A stretch of DNA of 64,000 nucleotides from Octopus vulgaris (Eukaryota), in NCBI GenBank assembly GCA_951406725.2, contig OX597814.1, positions 22,320,001 through 22,384,000 on the forward strand, read 5' to 3'. The translations under genes and the position numbers were made by a program. Each line of letters begins with the position of its first letter. Position 1 is the first letter of the stretch. The notes below the pieces were generated by a model. That model was not told the origin of the DNA, did no database searches, and saw only the letters and a list, made by a program, of their open reading frames with translations. This document shows, piece after piece, positions 51,111-63,330 of this stretch.

Positions 51111-52631
51111 CTAGGTTTGGAGCGATGTTGAAATATCGACACCCCACAAATACCATACCTTCAGTGTAGTCCAGTATTGTCCTGGTGATGTCTGAAACGA
51201 ATAAGGACCATTCAGTGCTGGTATGTCAATGATTCCAGCCCCGAATTAAATTCATTGGTGCTGAAAGGGGGTTTATAAAATCTGATAAGAAAGGTTTTCG
51301 AGTACATTTTTCAAATTTAAAATATATATTGTTTTTACGAGATTAGAGTTGTTTTATTAAATAACAAAATCGAAAATCATGCCTGTGTGTGTATATATAT
51401 ATGTGTATTATATACATGCCTGTGTGTGTATATATATATGTGTATTATATACATGCTGTGTATGTGTATTGTATGTATATATATGCTAGGTGTATTTGTG
51501 TGATATTTATATTATGTATGTATGTATGCGTATGTTGTGTGTGTGTGTATGTGTGTTATATATGTGTGTATATTATATATAAATACATGTTATATTTGTG
51601 TGCTGTGTGTGTATATTATATATGTGGGTGCGTTGTGTATGTGTGTGTTCTGTGTGTGTGTGTGTTGTGTGTATGTGGTGTGTGTTTGTATACTATGTGT
51701 GTGTGTGTGTTGTGTGTGTATATATGTGTGTGACAAACAGACGCCGTCTGACCAGCAGGCACACGGACACATCTATTCACACCCGCATACTCACCTCCCG
51801 ATAACTCCAAAATCATTGATGCTTGAAGGGGAACCATACACAAAACTGGGTACACATCTTTTTCTCTCAATTCAACTTTTCTGCTAAAACAAACAGGTCA
51901 GTAAAAACAAATTCTCGCCTTCAATTCAAAATATTCTGAGATGTATAAAATATCCATTTTAATTTTCTCTGTCAATATTACAAACTTTCTCACCAAACTA
52001 TTACACTTCCTTATGTCTTTAACATGTCCTTTCTACCAAAGACTGTATATATATACATGTAATGTGACAATTTGCGACAACCAATAATTAACGCAACCAA
52101 ATTTCCAATAATATATTTGTTTTATTCTTTTCTGCCAATTTTTCCAAATATTCTCATCACACTATTGAACTTTTTTATGCCCTTAACATATCTCTGTTAC
52201 CAAACACTATATTTATACACGTAATGTGACAATTATGTATAAAAAAACATTTTTGAATTCATAATATTCAATGTGACAATTATGTAAAAAACTTTTTTGA
52301 ACCCATAATATTCAATGTTACTTTTGACAATCTTTTACCAAAGAGTGAAACCGGTTAAGTAAATAAACATCTTTTAAATTGCATTTTCAAACCTTCTTTC
52401 ATATATATATATATATATATATTATGTGAAATAGAAAGATGAATAATCTTGTTGCAGATTAATCAAAAGTTTAACCGATACCTTGGTAGCAAAAATCACA
52501 GCAGAAGACAGCACGGTTGGAGGTACAACCATATGGTGTTGCAACCGTGCGTTGGTGCGGATAATTGAATATTAATATTATTAGTGAATTGAAGAAATGG
52601 AGTTGAACGAAGATTGAACAGAAATCGTTTT

Positions 52632-52722
52632 ATTTCATTCTACACGTGTTTCGAAAGGCACAATTTACCAAATTCCGATTGAATAATGAGACCATATTGT
52701 GTCTTTCTCTTCAGGAAGAAAT
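52632..52722 (-). ncRNA. Type I hammerhead ribozyme motif with canonical core, 12-bp helix II and large loop, palindromic helix III
   Basis: Minus strand: atttcttc-CTGAAGA-gaaagacacaat..attgtgcctttc-GAAAC-acgt-GTA-gaatgaaat. Helix II pairs at 11/12 positions and helix III is ACACGTGT. Confidence 0.8.
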
Positions 52723-52818
52723 AGGAAATCCGTTGGAAAAACAAAAACAATGGCGGTGCCCCAGCATGGCCACAGCTCATAAGCTGAAACTGGAAAAATC
52801 AAAAAAATCAAAAAATCA

Positions 52819-52906
<88 letters not shown>

Positions 52907-53736
52907 GTATGTATGTATTTATGTATGTATATGTATATGCGTTTTTATATCTTCTGTCGATTGGTGGTGGGTATAAAAGTTTTAGACTGGTTTTTCCGAG
53001 CAAAAGTCCTTTTGGTGGTACATGTTTCGTCCGATCCGAGCTGCAAAGTTAGTCTCTTGTCACCTTCAGCATGAAGTGAACCGACGATTGATCGATTACT
53101 AGCTGGAAAGTTTAAATCAACAACGCCGTTGGTCACATAATAAGTTATAAAATAATAATTAAATAATAAAATAAAATAATCAATAGATAAACAAACAATA
53201 AATAACATCTATATAAATAAGCTATATAATGTCTAATAACACATTAATCATAACTTTCCGTCTTCTTTGATCTTTTTTAATTCATTAAATAGTTTTTTGA
53301 AAGATATATAGGAAGTCCTCTTGATTAATTACAATTTTGTGTAAGGTTAGAGTGTATTTAATTGCGTTGATGGTCAGAATTATGTCTCCAAATTTCCTAC
53401 TTATAATAACGATCAAAGTTTTAATGAGTGGTCATAGCGTTAACCAGATGAGATACAAATCTGCTCCTGGATAGGGCTATGTATAAGGTAATATTGCTTT
53501 CTTAAAATGTCTCAAAGTCACAAATTTAATGGGTGGATATATTTGATTATATAGAACTTATTACTTGACTGATATTTTATTTCATTGACCTCGGAAATAT
53601 GAAAAATAAAATAGATTTCGGCAGAATTTGAACTCAGAATATAAATAACTGCAAATAAATACTTACCGCAAATTATTTCTTACCGAAGACTATTTCAAGA
53701 CTGTTTTGTGATATAAGTTATGTTACCATCAGATTA

Positions 53737-53930
53737 AGGCGACAATCTGGCAGAATCGTTACCATGCCAGGCAAAATGCTTAGCGGCATTTCGCCCGTCC
53801 TTACCTTTTAAGTTCAAATTCCGCCGACTTTGCTTTCATGATTTCGGGATCGATAAAATAAATACGAGTAGAGCACAGGGGTCGATGGACTCGACTTACC
53901 CCTTCTAAATTACTGACCTTGTGACCAATA
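53737..53930 (+). mobile_element. SINE family B, diverged copy
   Basis: aaggcgacaatctggcagaatcgtt..aaatgcttagcggcatttcg..gttcaaattccgccg..gatcgataaaataa. Confidence 0.8.
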
Positions 53931-54199
53931 TTATCATCACATTAGACAGATTCATTAGTGCAAAGGATAAAACGCTTTTACAGTATTTCGGTGCTTTACC
54001 TTTTGAGTTCAAATCACAACAAGCTCAACATTTTCTTTAAACATTCACTGGGTAGATAAAATAAAGCCTCTGTCAAGTACTGTGGTTAAAGTAAACGACT
54101 GTGTCCTTCCCTCAAATTTGAGTCATTGTCTCAAATTGACAAGCCAATACCTACCATCACAATTAGGGCAGTTCGAAAATGTTTAGAGTTCTGCACGTC

Positions 54200-54586
54200 C
54201 TTTTGTACTCTAGGCACAAGGCCTGAATTTTTTGTGGAGGAGGCCTGTCGATTAGATCGATCCCAGTACGCAACTGGTACTTAATTTATCGACCCCGAAG
54301 GGATGAAAGGCAAAGTCACCCTCGGCGGAATTTGAACTCAGAACATAAAGACAGACGAAATACCTATTTCTTTACTGCCCACAAGGGGCTAAACACAGAG
54401 AGGACAAACAAGGACAGACAAACGGATTAAGTCGATTATATCGACCCCAGTGCGTAACTGCTACTTATTTAATCGACCCCGAAAGGATGAAAGGCAAAGT
54501 CGACCTCGGCGGAATTTAAACTGAGGACGTAGGAGCAGACGAAATACTGCGACGCATTTCGCCCGGCGTGCTAGCTCTCCGCCTTA
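54200..54586 (-). mobile_element. SINE family B, dimeric form
   Basis: Two tandem cores with the family tail. ttagagttctg occurs on both sides (54183 and 54584). Confidence 0.88.
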
Positions 54587-54959
54587 GAGTTCTGTATATC
54601 ACTACCACGCGTCTGCAGCAGCGAAATAGTTGAAACGTCAGCGGTACTAGCTTCAAATCTCTCTGCTCTGAGTTCAAATGCTGGTGAGCAGAATTGTTAG
54701 AGCATCAGGCGGGATGCGGTGTAGTGTCTGTTCCGGCCGTGTACACTCTGAGTTCAAATTCTACCTCGTCAGTAGATAAAAACCCAATGGATACACATAT
54801 TCCTTGGTTCGATTAGAAGATCAACTATAATTCACCACCACCACCACCACCACCACCACCACCACACCGCCCATCATCCCCCTATCACCATCACTAGCAC
54901 TATCATCATACACCCCGACCACCACGATGTCCGGAGTTAGGTTTTTCTTTTTCTTTGAA

Positions 54960-56260
54960 TTTCGAAGAGATATTCACATCAGCAGGACAGCTGACCTGTA
55001 TGATGGTACATAGTTTTCTCTTCTGTTCCAAGCAATAGAATCCGGCTTGTTATGTTTACACTTGTCAGATGTTTTGATGAGTTCCACTAATTTGTTGTGC
55101 TGATATTTTTGCATGTATTCAATAACAGCGGGTTTCTTTATATTTATTCCGCTACAACCTCTTTTTCCCCAAATAGCACTGTATACTGTTTTAGTGACAA
55201 CAGCGTGTAACATTGGGAGGTCGTACTTTGACATTTTTGGGCACCTGTTAATCACATGTGTGATGTCTTCCACAGAAATCTGACATAATCTTACATTTCC
55301 GGTTGCATGTTGGAGTTTCAAGGGCTTTATTGTCTCTTTTGTTTTCTAGGCATTTCGAGTAATCGCTTGTTCTTAATTGCAAGGCCTTCGAAGGCAGCGA
55401 GCTGGCAGAAACATTAGCACACCGGGTAAAATGCTTCGCAGTATTTTGTCTGCCGCTACGTTCTGAGTTCAAATTCCGCCGAAGTCGACTTTGCCTTTCA
55501 TCCTTTCGGGGTCGATTAAATAAGTACCAGTTACGCACTGGGGTCGATGTAATCGACTTAATATCTATGTCTGTCCTTGTTTGTCCTCTCTGTGTTTAGC
55601 CCCTTGTGAGTAGTAAAGAAATAGGTATTTCATCTGCCGTTACGTTCTGAGTTCTAATTCCGCCGAGGTCGACTTTGCCTTTCATCCTTTCGGGGTCGAT
55701 AAATTAAGTACCAGTTACGCACTGGGGTCGATGTAATCGACTTAACCCCTTTGCCTGTCCATGTTTGTCCCCTCTATGTTTAGTCCCTTGTGGGCAATAA
55801 AGAAATAAGGCCTTCGAAGTGCGATATGATGTAGCAAACACGAGTTCAAAACAGGCTGAACATCATATCAATATTACCGTTTTCTCCAAGGTTGCGAGCC
55901 AGCTGAATCATTCGCACCTTGAGCAACATGCTTAGCATCATTTCGTCAGACTTTACGTTCTGAATTCAAATTCCATCGAGGTCAACTTTACCTTGCATCC
56001 TTTCGAGGTTGATAAAATAAGTACTAGCTGAGTCCTGGTGTCACTGTAATCGATCTACCCTTGCCTCCGAAATTGCTGGCCTTGTGCCAAAATTTGAAAA
56101 CATTATTACAGTTTTCCTGAAGTCTTCAGGAAACACACCCATGCACAATGATTTTTTATTTTTTGGTATGATGAACGTTTCACATCCAGGTTTTCTTTGA
56201 GGAATGCATATCTGGGTGTCTTGGAGTTGTATGGAAGTGCCAGTACTCATATTAAACATT
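54960..56260 (-). mobile_element. Decayed RLE-type LINE 3' region (same family as 1-1080), interrupted by two SINEs
   Basis: EDITHVINRCPKMSKY..LPMLH..KCKHNKPDSIAWNR. 56110-56230 is homologous to 300-420. Confidence 0.8.
55394..55806 (+). mobile_element. Young dimeric SINE family B with a 13-bp TSD
   Basis: aaggccttcgaag at 55381-55393 and 55807-55819. Two tandem cores. Confidence 0.93.
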
Positions 56261-57450
56261 TGTGCTGCTTTGTTGGACGCTTGATGAGATGCGAGCAATT
56301 GATGGGAAAATCCGGAGGATACTAACCAGCACGCATAATTTTCACATCAGCAGTGACATAGACCGCCTCTACTTAAAACGAAAACAAGGCAGCAAAAGCT
56401 TTACAGTGATCACTTTGAATGTCATAGTATATGCCTTCGGCAATTTTATTAACCACCGAGTGTCGAAGTGCATCCCTTGACCATGAGGCTCATAACTTGA
56501 TGAGGCTCATAACTTGATGACTTCATGAGACGTGGAAAGCAGCTCGTTGAGCAGTATTCCTTGTCTGTTAATCTTAAATACATGCCCATAGAAATCGCAC
56601 GACTCTACCATAATGTGTCAGCAGATGAAAGGATGAGCGTATATCAGCAGAAGACCATGCATGGATATGTTAGTAAAAAGCTCTTAGATAATAGTAACAT
56701 TGATTATCAAAGCGGTCTTTCATGGACGAACAACCGGATTACTACCTACCACTTTGAAGGGTATGCATTTGCAAGCCAAGTACAGGAAATATCTATCAAA
56801 TACCTGATGCACAAAAGGGACAGAGATGCAGGAAAAACAGTAAGAACTGACAATCAATGTAGACTTTGTGGAGTTGACACCAAAGATATCACTCGTATCG
56901 TAAACAGTTGTCCGAAAATGTCACCACGGTATTATCTACCAATGAGACATGATGTTATAGCTAGGACACTATATAATGAGATCCATTGGAAGGATAACCT
57001 CGAGTTCAAAGAAATAAGGACCCACAGTATGCTGGAAGCCATAGCCACTCTTAATAAAAAGGAATACTGGTGGAGTGTCCTAGTGAAAACCTCAGTAAAG
57101 TGTAAACACAATAGATTCGACATAATGATTTGGGACAGAGACGAGAAACTATACAGTTGTGGAAATCAGCTGTCCAGCAGATATTAACATAAAGCTGAAG
57201 ATCACGGAAAAGGGGAATACCTACGCTGAACTATTGAGAAACTGCAGTTACTCTATCCAGATTATAAGTTCAGGTATATACTTGTAATTATTTGTGGCAC
57301 TGGGATACATAACACATTACTTAAATACCAATCTTTATAAAATTAGGCTACTCAAAACCAGATAGGAGAAAGCTGATTCGAAGACTAAGGATCGAATCCA
57401 CCACTGGAAGTGTGGAAATCTGTAAAATTTATCCAGAAGTTTATCATTTA
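56260..57450 (+). mobile_element. RLE-type (R4/Dong-like) LINE 3' fragment: post-RT, CCHC and RLE
   Basis: WTLDEMRAIDGKIRRILT..SDIDRLYLKR, MHGYVS..HFEGYAFA..CRLCG..SCPKMS..RHDV..KCKHNRFDI, VEISCPAD. Confidence 0.85.
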
Positions 57451-57451
57451 A

Positions 57452-57526
<75 letters not shown>

Positions 57527-57682
57527 CATGTCTAGATAACAACTATATGCATGAGAATACATATATAGAACAAAACATACAAATCTACACATATACATAC
57601 ATGCATACAAAAATACTGTTGATGTTGAAATTCCAATGAAGGAATATCTTGAAGGATATCTTGAAATAAAACTGAATAATGA

Positions 57683-57694
57683 CATGCATGCATG

Positions 57695-57726
<32 letters not shown>

Positions 57727-57852
57727 AAAACATGCATACATGCATGCATACATACATACATACATACATACATACATACATACATACATACATACATACA
57801 TACATGCATACATACATACATACATACATACATACATACATACATACATACA

Positions 57853-57884
<32 letters not shown>
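57683..57884. repeat. (CATA)n/(CATG)n tetranucleotide microsatellite, representative of dozens of (TA)n, (CA)n, (GA)n and (TAA)n tracts in the window
   Basis: Directly visible. Confidence 0.97.
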
Positions 57885-58842
57885 AAAGATCAGTGTTGAG
57901 TACATGAAATTATCTTTCACTTATAAATGAAAAGAAATCAAAACAAAAATAACGGAATAAATACGTTTAATATGTAGATTTAGATTGTTTTATTTTTTAC
58001 CACTGGGTTCTAATTATTATAATCACTATTTAAATGTTCTATATAATTACTATATGCTAAAGTTAGTTATATTTAAACGTGATGTTAATAAAATGACGAT
58101 ACTGTGATTGTGGGAAGGAAACTGAATTATATCCTCGAGGTATGTTTGCACATCATATACCTCATGTCAACCTAGTCTTTATAGCAAAAAGCATAAGCAT
58201 GTGGTATGTGTATAGTTTCTCAGGATTGAGAAGCAAGAACGATAAAAATTAGGCTACTCAAAACAATAAAAGAGAAAGCTGATACGAAGACTACATACCT
58301 TTCGAATTGCACTACACCACATTTTGCCCCATTAACACTGATATCGTTTACATCACCATCTAAATAAGTTTAAAACAATTATAAAAACGTAAATGATACC
58401 TCTAATTCAACTAAACTGGTATATCTACCTTGTGAGGAAATATATGAGAAACAGTAATTCCTTCTGCCAGTAGTGTAATTTTGATGGGACAAATTTCATT
58501 TACTTCAACCACAATAACATCCAAAAAATAACTCTTGGTAGGGGAGGTAACTCTTGTAGAGTTACATATGTTATCTCCCTTGAATGATTATTGATTAACA
58601 AGAAAACGGAATTTTAAACATAGGAAATGAGCGAGAAGTTACAACGCCAAGAGAACAGTATTTGAAATTTTGTTTTTCTCTATTATTTTAATATTTTACT
58701 TCGGTTCCTTGTCGTTAATCTAGCATACTCTCTTGCAACGGATTCCTCTTTGAAGGTTTGTTGCTTTATAAGTTAATTTGTACTTTTATCGTTTTCTATC
58801 TTTTTACCGATAAACACACATACACACGCACTCACGCACACA

Positions 58843-58882
<40 letters not shown>

Positions 58883-59065
58883 CTCACGCACGCACGCACG
58901 CACGCACGCACTCACGCTCGCACGCACGCACGTACTGAGGCGATAATTTCTGTTTGACTAGAGATAAAACATATATTGGTGTTAGAACAACCTAGTGGTT
59001 TGTACCACAGGCAAAATTGCAAGCAAATTGATTCCATATTTAGATTCACTTCAACATTTAAATTT

Positions 59066-59121
59066 AATTCGTCAAAATATTTTCGCCCCTTTGAGACGGC
59101 GACCTGTTCTCTGACAGAATT
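59066..59121 (-). ncRNA. Hammerhead-like fold with a non-canonical core (G3-C8 swap, U4A, extra G after A9)
   Basis: Minus strand: aattc-t-gtca-GAGAACA-g-gtcgc..ggggc-GAAA-atat-TT-tgac-gaatt. Helix I is 9 bp with one bulge. Confidence 0.4.
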
Positions 59122-59482
59122 CCATGCTGCATCTCAAAGCGAAGAAAATTTAAATGTTGAAGTGTATCTAACAGTTTTGTGTGTTTCTTAAATGGCTTAT
59201 AAACACCCTCCACGCTGCAATTGTTTTCGTTCCAGCACACGATCTCAGATCAGGTCACTTGCTATGCAAGTACATCTCCGTGATTCCCTATTGATACTGT
59301 TTATAAAAATGTTCTGAAAATTTGACCTGAAGCTCTCGACTTTGCAATTTCGAATATGCGCTGGGGTCGGAGATTTGGATTGTCCGATGTTTCGTATGTC
59401 CTATTCTCTCCTTTATAGATGGTGCGCTGTCTCAAACTTTTAGAGGATATTTTAAAATTATTTTTATTTCTATCTTTTATCT

Positions 59483-59700
59483 TTATCTCTTACTTGTATC
59501 AGTCATTAGACTGCAACCATGCTGGGGCACCGAATTGGAAAACTTTTAGCCGAATGAATAGACCCCAGTACTTATTTAATTTTCAAAGCCTGATGCTTAT
59601 TTTATCCACCCCTTCCGTCGAACCGCTAAGTGATGGCGAGATAAACACCGGTTGCCAAGCGGTGGTTGGGACAAACACAGACACAAAGACATACACATAC
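59483..59700 (-). mobile_element. SINE family A, 3' half, diverged
   Basis: cagtcattagactgcaaccatgctggggcacc..gaaccgctaagt..ggacaaacacagacaca. Confidence 0.8.
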
Positions 59701-59935
59701 ATATATGTGTATGGGTGTATGTGTATGTGTGTATGTGTATGTGTTAGGAGTAGATGGACAGCCGACAGATGATGAAAGGTCGTTCTTTATGTTACTTGTC
59801 CTGTTTCCCATTTGTTTCGCTCGTTGTTTGCGTACTCTTTTGTTTTCGTATTTCATGATGTTTACAACTTGTGACGTCCTGTAGTCATATATGCATATAT
59901 GTATGTATATATGTATGTACATATGTGTATGTATG

Positions 59936-59989
<54 letters not shown>

Positions 59990-60066
59990 AATATACCGGG
60001 GTAAACACATAAATGTGAAACAAGGTGGAAAAAAGAGTACTCAAATACCAATGGTAGAGTAATATG

Positions 60067-60186
60067 CTTTATTTAAAGCAGCAGAAAATTCAACAAAACC
60101 TGTCACTCTGAGTTTCACGTCCGACGAACGGGAACGTGAAACTCAGAGTAACAGGTTTTGTTGAATTTTCTGCTGCTTTAAATAAA

Positions 60187-60187
<1 letters not shown>
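60067..60187. repeat. 54-bp inverted repeat (1 mismatch) overlapping a minimal hammerhead motif (60121-60155, +)
   Basis: 60067-60120 is the reverse complement of 60134-60187. Contains CCGACGA-acg(ggaa)cgt-GAAAC-tcaga-GTA-acagg. Confidence 0.9.
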
Positions 60188-60229
<42 letters not shown>

Positions 60230-60231
<2 letters not shown>

Positions 60232-61492
60232 AGATCATCCCATAAGTTCAGTCCGATTTTACCATTTTTATAATTGAATGAAATTTAATAGTATTTTAGA
60301 ATGTCTAATGGAATTAAAAAGTATTTTTATGCATTTGTATGCATTTAAACTAGTTAAATATTATTTTACAGAATAATAGAATCAAAATTTCTTTGATTAA
60401 AACCTTTTCTAGTATGGCAGTATCCAAAGAGCATTTGAGGCACATAATGCTTTATGAGTACAAAAAAAGGAAACTCTGCGGCCGAAGCGACTCGAAACAT
60501 ACATTCAGCTTATGGGAAAGAATGCTTGACTGAAAGAACTTGCAGAAGATGGTTTGCAAAATTCAGCCTTGAAGATGAAGATCAAACAGGACGTCCAATT
60601 GAGTTTGATGATAAGCTTCTTGAGACATTACTTGAAGAAAATGCTGCATTATCAGTTGAAAAATTGGCAATAAAGCTTAGTTCAAACAATACAGCTGTTC
60701 ATCGTCATCTTCAACAACTTGGAAAGGTTCCTAAACTTGGAAAATGGGTGTCTCATGAATAGTCCGAAAGCAACCGCAAATCCCGAGCTGACATCTGCTC
60801 TTCTCTCCATTCTCACGAACTCATTTCACCCTTTTTGGATAGACTTGAGACTGGTGACGGAAAATGGATATTCTATCAAAATGTTAAACGTCGTAAATAG
60901 TGGCTTGGTAAAAGGGAAAAACTCAAACACAACCGAGAAGGGAATTTCAAGGGGAAAAAGTTCTGTCTATCTGGTAAGATTGCAAAGGACTAATTCACTT
61001 TGAATTGTTACCACCTAATGCAACAACCAATGCTCAAGTCTACAGTCAGCAATTAAGAGCGTTTCAACCAAGCTTTGAAGGAAAAAAGACCTGCTTTAGT
61101 GAATCGAAAAGGAGTGATGTTTCATCAGGACAATGCGCGACCCCATACTGCAAAGATCACATCATAGAAGATCGAAGAGCTTGATTGGGAAAAAATTACT
61201 CATCCACCTGATTCTCCCGAGCTTGCTCCTTCAGACTACCATTTGTTTCGTAGTTTACAGAATCATTTGGAGGATATCTTTCGCAAGCCAGGAGGAGGTT
61301 GAAACTGACATTTCAGAGTTCTTCGCTTTGAAACCAAAAGAGTATTACATTGTTGGGATTAAAAAGCTTGTAAATAGATGGAAGGAAGTCATAGATAATC
61401 AAGGAAAGTACATTGATGACTATATTTCAATTAAACATAACATTTGATCACATTTCATTCAACATTCGGACAGAACTTATGGGATGACCTGA
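60230..61492 (+). mobile_element. Full-length mariner (DD34D), 1263 bp, with a pseudogenised transposase
   Basis: 27-bp TIRs (60230-60256 and 61466-61492, 2 mismatches), TA on the right and (TA)n-TG on the left. ATG at 60414, MAVSKEHLRHIMLYEY..WVSHE..TGDGKW..QDNARPH-(34 aa)-SPELAPSDYHLF..GKYIDD, with stops and frameshifts. Confidence 0.95.
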
Positions 61493-62034
61493 TATATTAT
61501 TTATATTATTATTTGACTGAACGCCACGCATCTATTTCCAAGTAAGTTTATCTTAATATTTTTGATGCGACTCTACCCTTTACTGTTCTCTCCCACTATC
61601 GTTTTCTCTCCCAACTTTTCTCTAATTTCTTTTTTCTCCCTTTCACGCGTCTCTCTCACTCTCTCCCTCTTTCTTCTTTACTATCTCTCTCTCTCGTTGT
61701 TCACACGTGACCACCGTCCATCTTTCTTTTCCTTCGGGGCTGTCGTGGAGACTCTATGTATCCCATCTCTCTCTCTCTCCTTTCTTTTCTCTTGTCAAAG
61801 CGTTCGCTACTTTAACTTCGTCTTGTCTAACGACCCTCCATGCTTGTTTTCGTTCGGTTTCCATGTATGTGTCCACTACCCTGTTTTTGTTAGCAAATTT
61901 GAGCAGTTCGATTCCCACCTCTTCCAAGGCCTACAGGAACACTACTTCAGCGTTCGTGTTTTAGTTTTTCATTTTCTCTCTATGACACTTTCATTTCAAT
62001 TCTCCTACAGTGAGTTGGAATACACTATAAACTA

Positions 62035-62819
62035 ATGGGTGCTACTTTGGTATGCGATCAACGTTTCATGAAACTGTGATCTTCATTTTGTATTGCGATA
62101 TACAACAATAATGATTGTATTATATTGCGATCTGCAACAGTAATAAATGTATAAACGATAACATTAGTAAACTTGTTTCAAATTTGCTTCATTCTAATTT
62201 CTTTTTAATAATAACTCTTTACTCTTTAACTTGTTTCAGTCATTTGACTGCGGCCATGCTGGAGCACCGCCTTTAGTCGAGTAAATCGACCTCAGGATTT
62301 ATTCTTTGTTAGCTTAGTACATATTATATCGCTCTCTTTTAAGTTACGGAGACGTAACACACCAGCATCGGTTATCAAGCAATGCTAGGGGGACAAACAC
62401 AAACATAAAAACATATACACACACATTCATATATACGACGGGCTTCTTTCAGTTTCCGTTTATCAAATCCACTCACAGGGCATTGGCCAGCCCGAGGCTA
62501 TAGTGAAAGACACTTGCCCAAGGTGCCACGCAGTGGGACTAAACCCGGAACTATGTGGCTGGTAAGCAAGCTACTTACCACACAGCCACTCCTGCGCCTA
62601 TGTATAAAATGTATAAAAAATATAATTATCTATTTTTTACTTTTCTAGCTGATGTTCATTCAATTCGCCCCTTCGTTCGATTCGCTCATAAAATTAGTAA
62701 ACTTGTTTCAAATCTGCTTGATTTTAATTTTTCAAAATAAATGTATAAAAATATAAAGTAGAATTTGACTCTTGTAGATCACATTGGCTACGTAGATCTC
62801 ATACCAAAGTAGCACCAAT
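62035..62819. mobile_element. MITE-like element with ~30-bp TIRs and TA flanks, containing a SINE-A insertion
   Basis: Left ta|atgggtgctactttggtatgcgatcaacgt and right acgtagatctcataccaaagtagcaccaat|ta (3 mismatches in 30). Confidence 0.75.
62214..62599 (-). mobile_element. SINE family A
   Basis: Near full-length match. Minus-strand head aggcgcaggagtggctgtgtggtaag. Confidence 0.9.
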
Positions 62820-63144
62820 TAACGCTCAAGTTATAATGATTATTTGTTTTTATGTTTATAATTTTCGGGATCCATTGATTGAATTCCAAATGTCAAGACA
62901 ATCGCACTATTTGGAAATAAAAATTACCATATTTTATAGCGACAGATGCATATTTGTCCAAAAGGAAAACAGGGGGAAAACTTCAAAATTCACCTTCTTG
63001 TCGTATGTGCGAGTTTAACTGTATGTTATATGCTTTCGTGTGCTTAAAACTTCTCTCCTGAATATGCGCTGCTTAAATTAGAGCGTATCTGATATGCCCG
63101 TGTGGCTTTTATGCCATCAAATACGTTAATATATTGGTTTCACA

Positions 63145-63330
63145 TTTTGGTACAATGCCAGCAAATTCAGGGGAGAGAGTAAGTCCATTACATCGACTCT
63201 GTATGAAACTGGTACCTATGTTATCGATCCCGAAAGAGATGAAAGGCAAAGTCGACCTCGGCGAAACTTGAACTCAAAACGCTAAGCATTTTGCCTCTCC
63301 TGTAAACTATTTCGTCAGTTCGCCGCCTTA
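63145..63330 (-). mobile_element. SINE family B, diverged copy
   Basis: + strand shows gaaaggcaaagtcgacctcggcg..gaactca..cgccgcctt. Confidence 0.8.

Noticed and set aside
53010-53075. Minus-strand GAAAC-at-GTA with upstream CTGAAGG
   Set aside because: Helix III is palindromic, but A9 is missing and helices I and II do not pair convincingly. At most a remnant.
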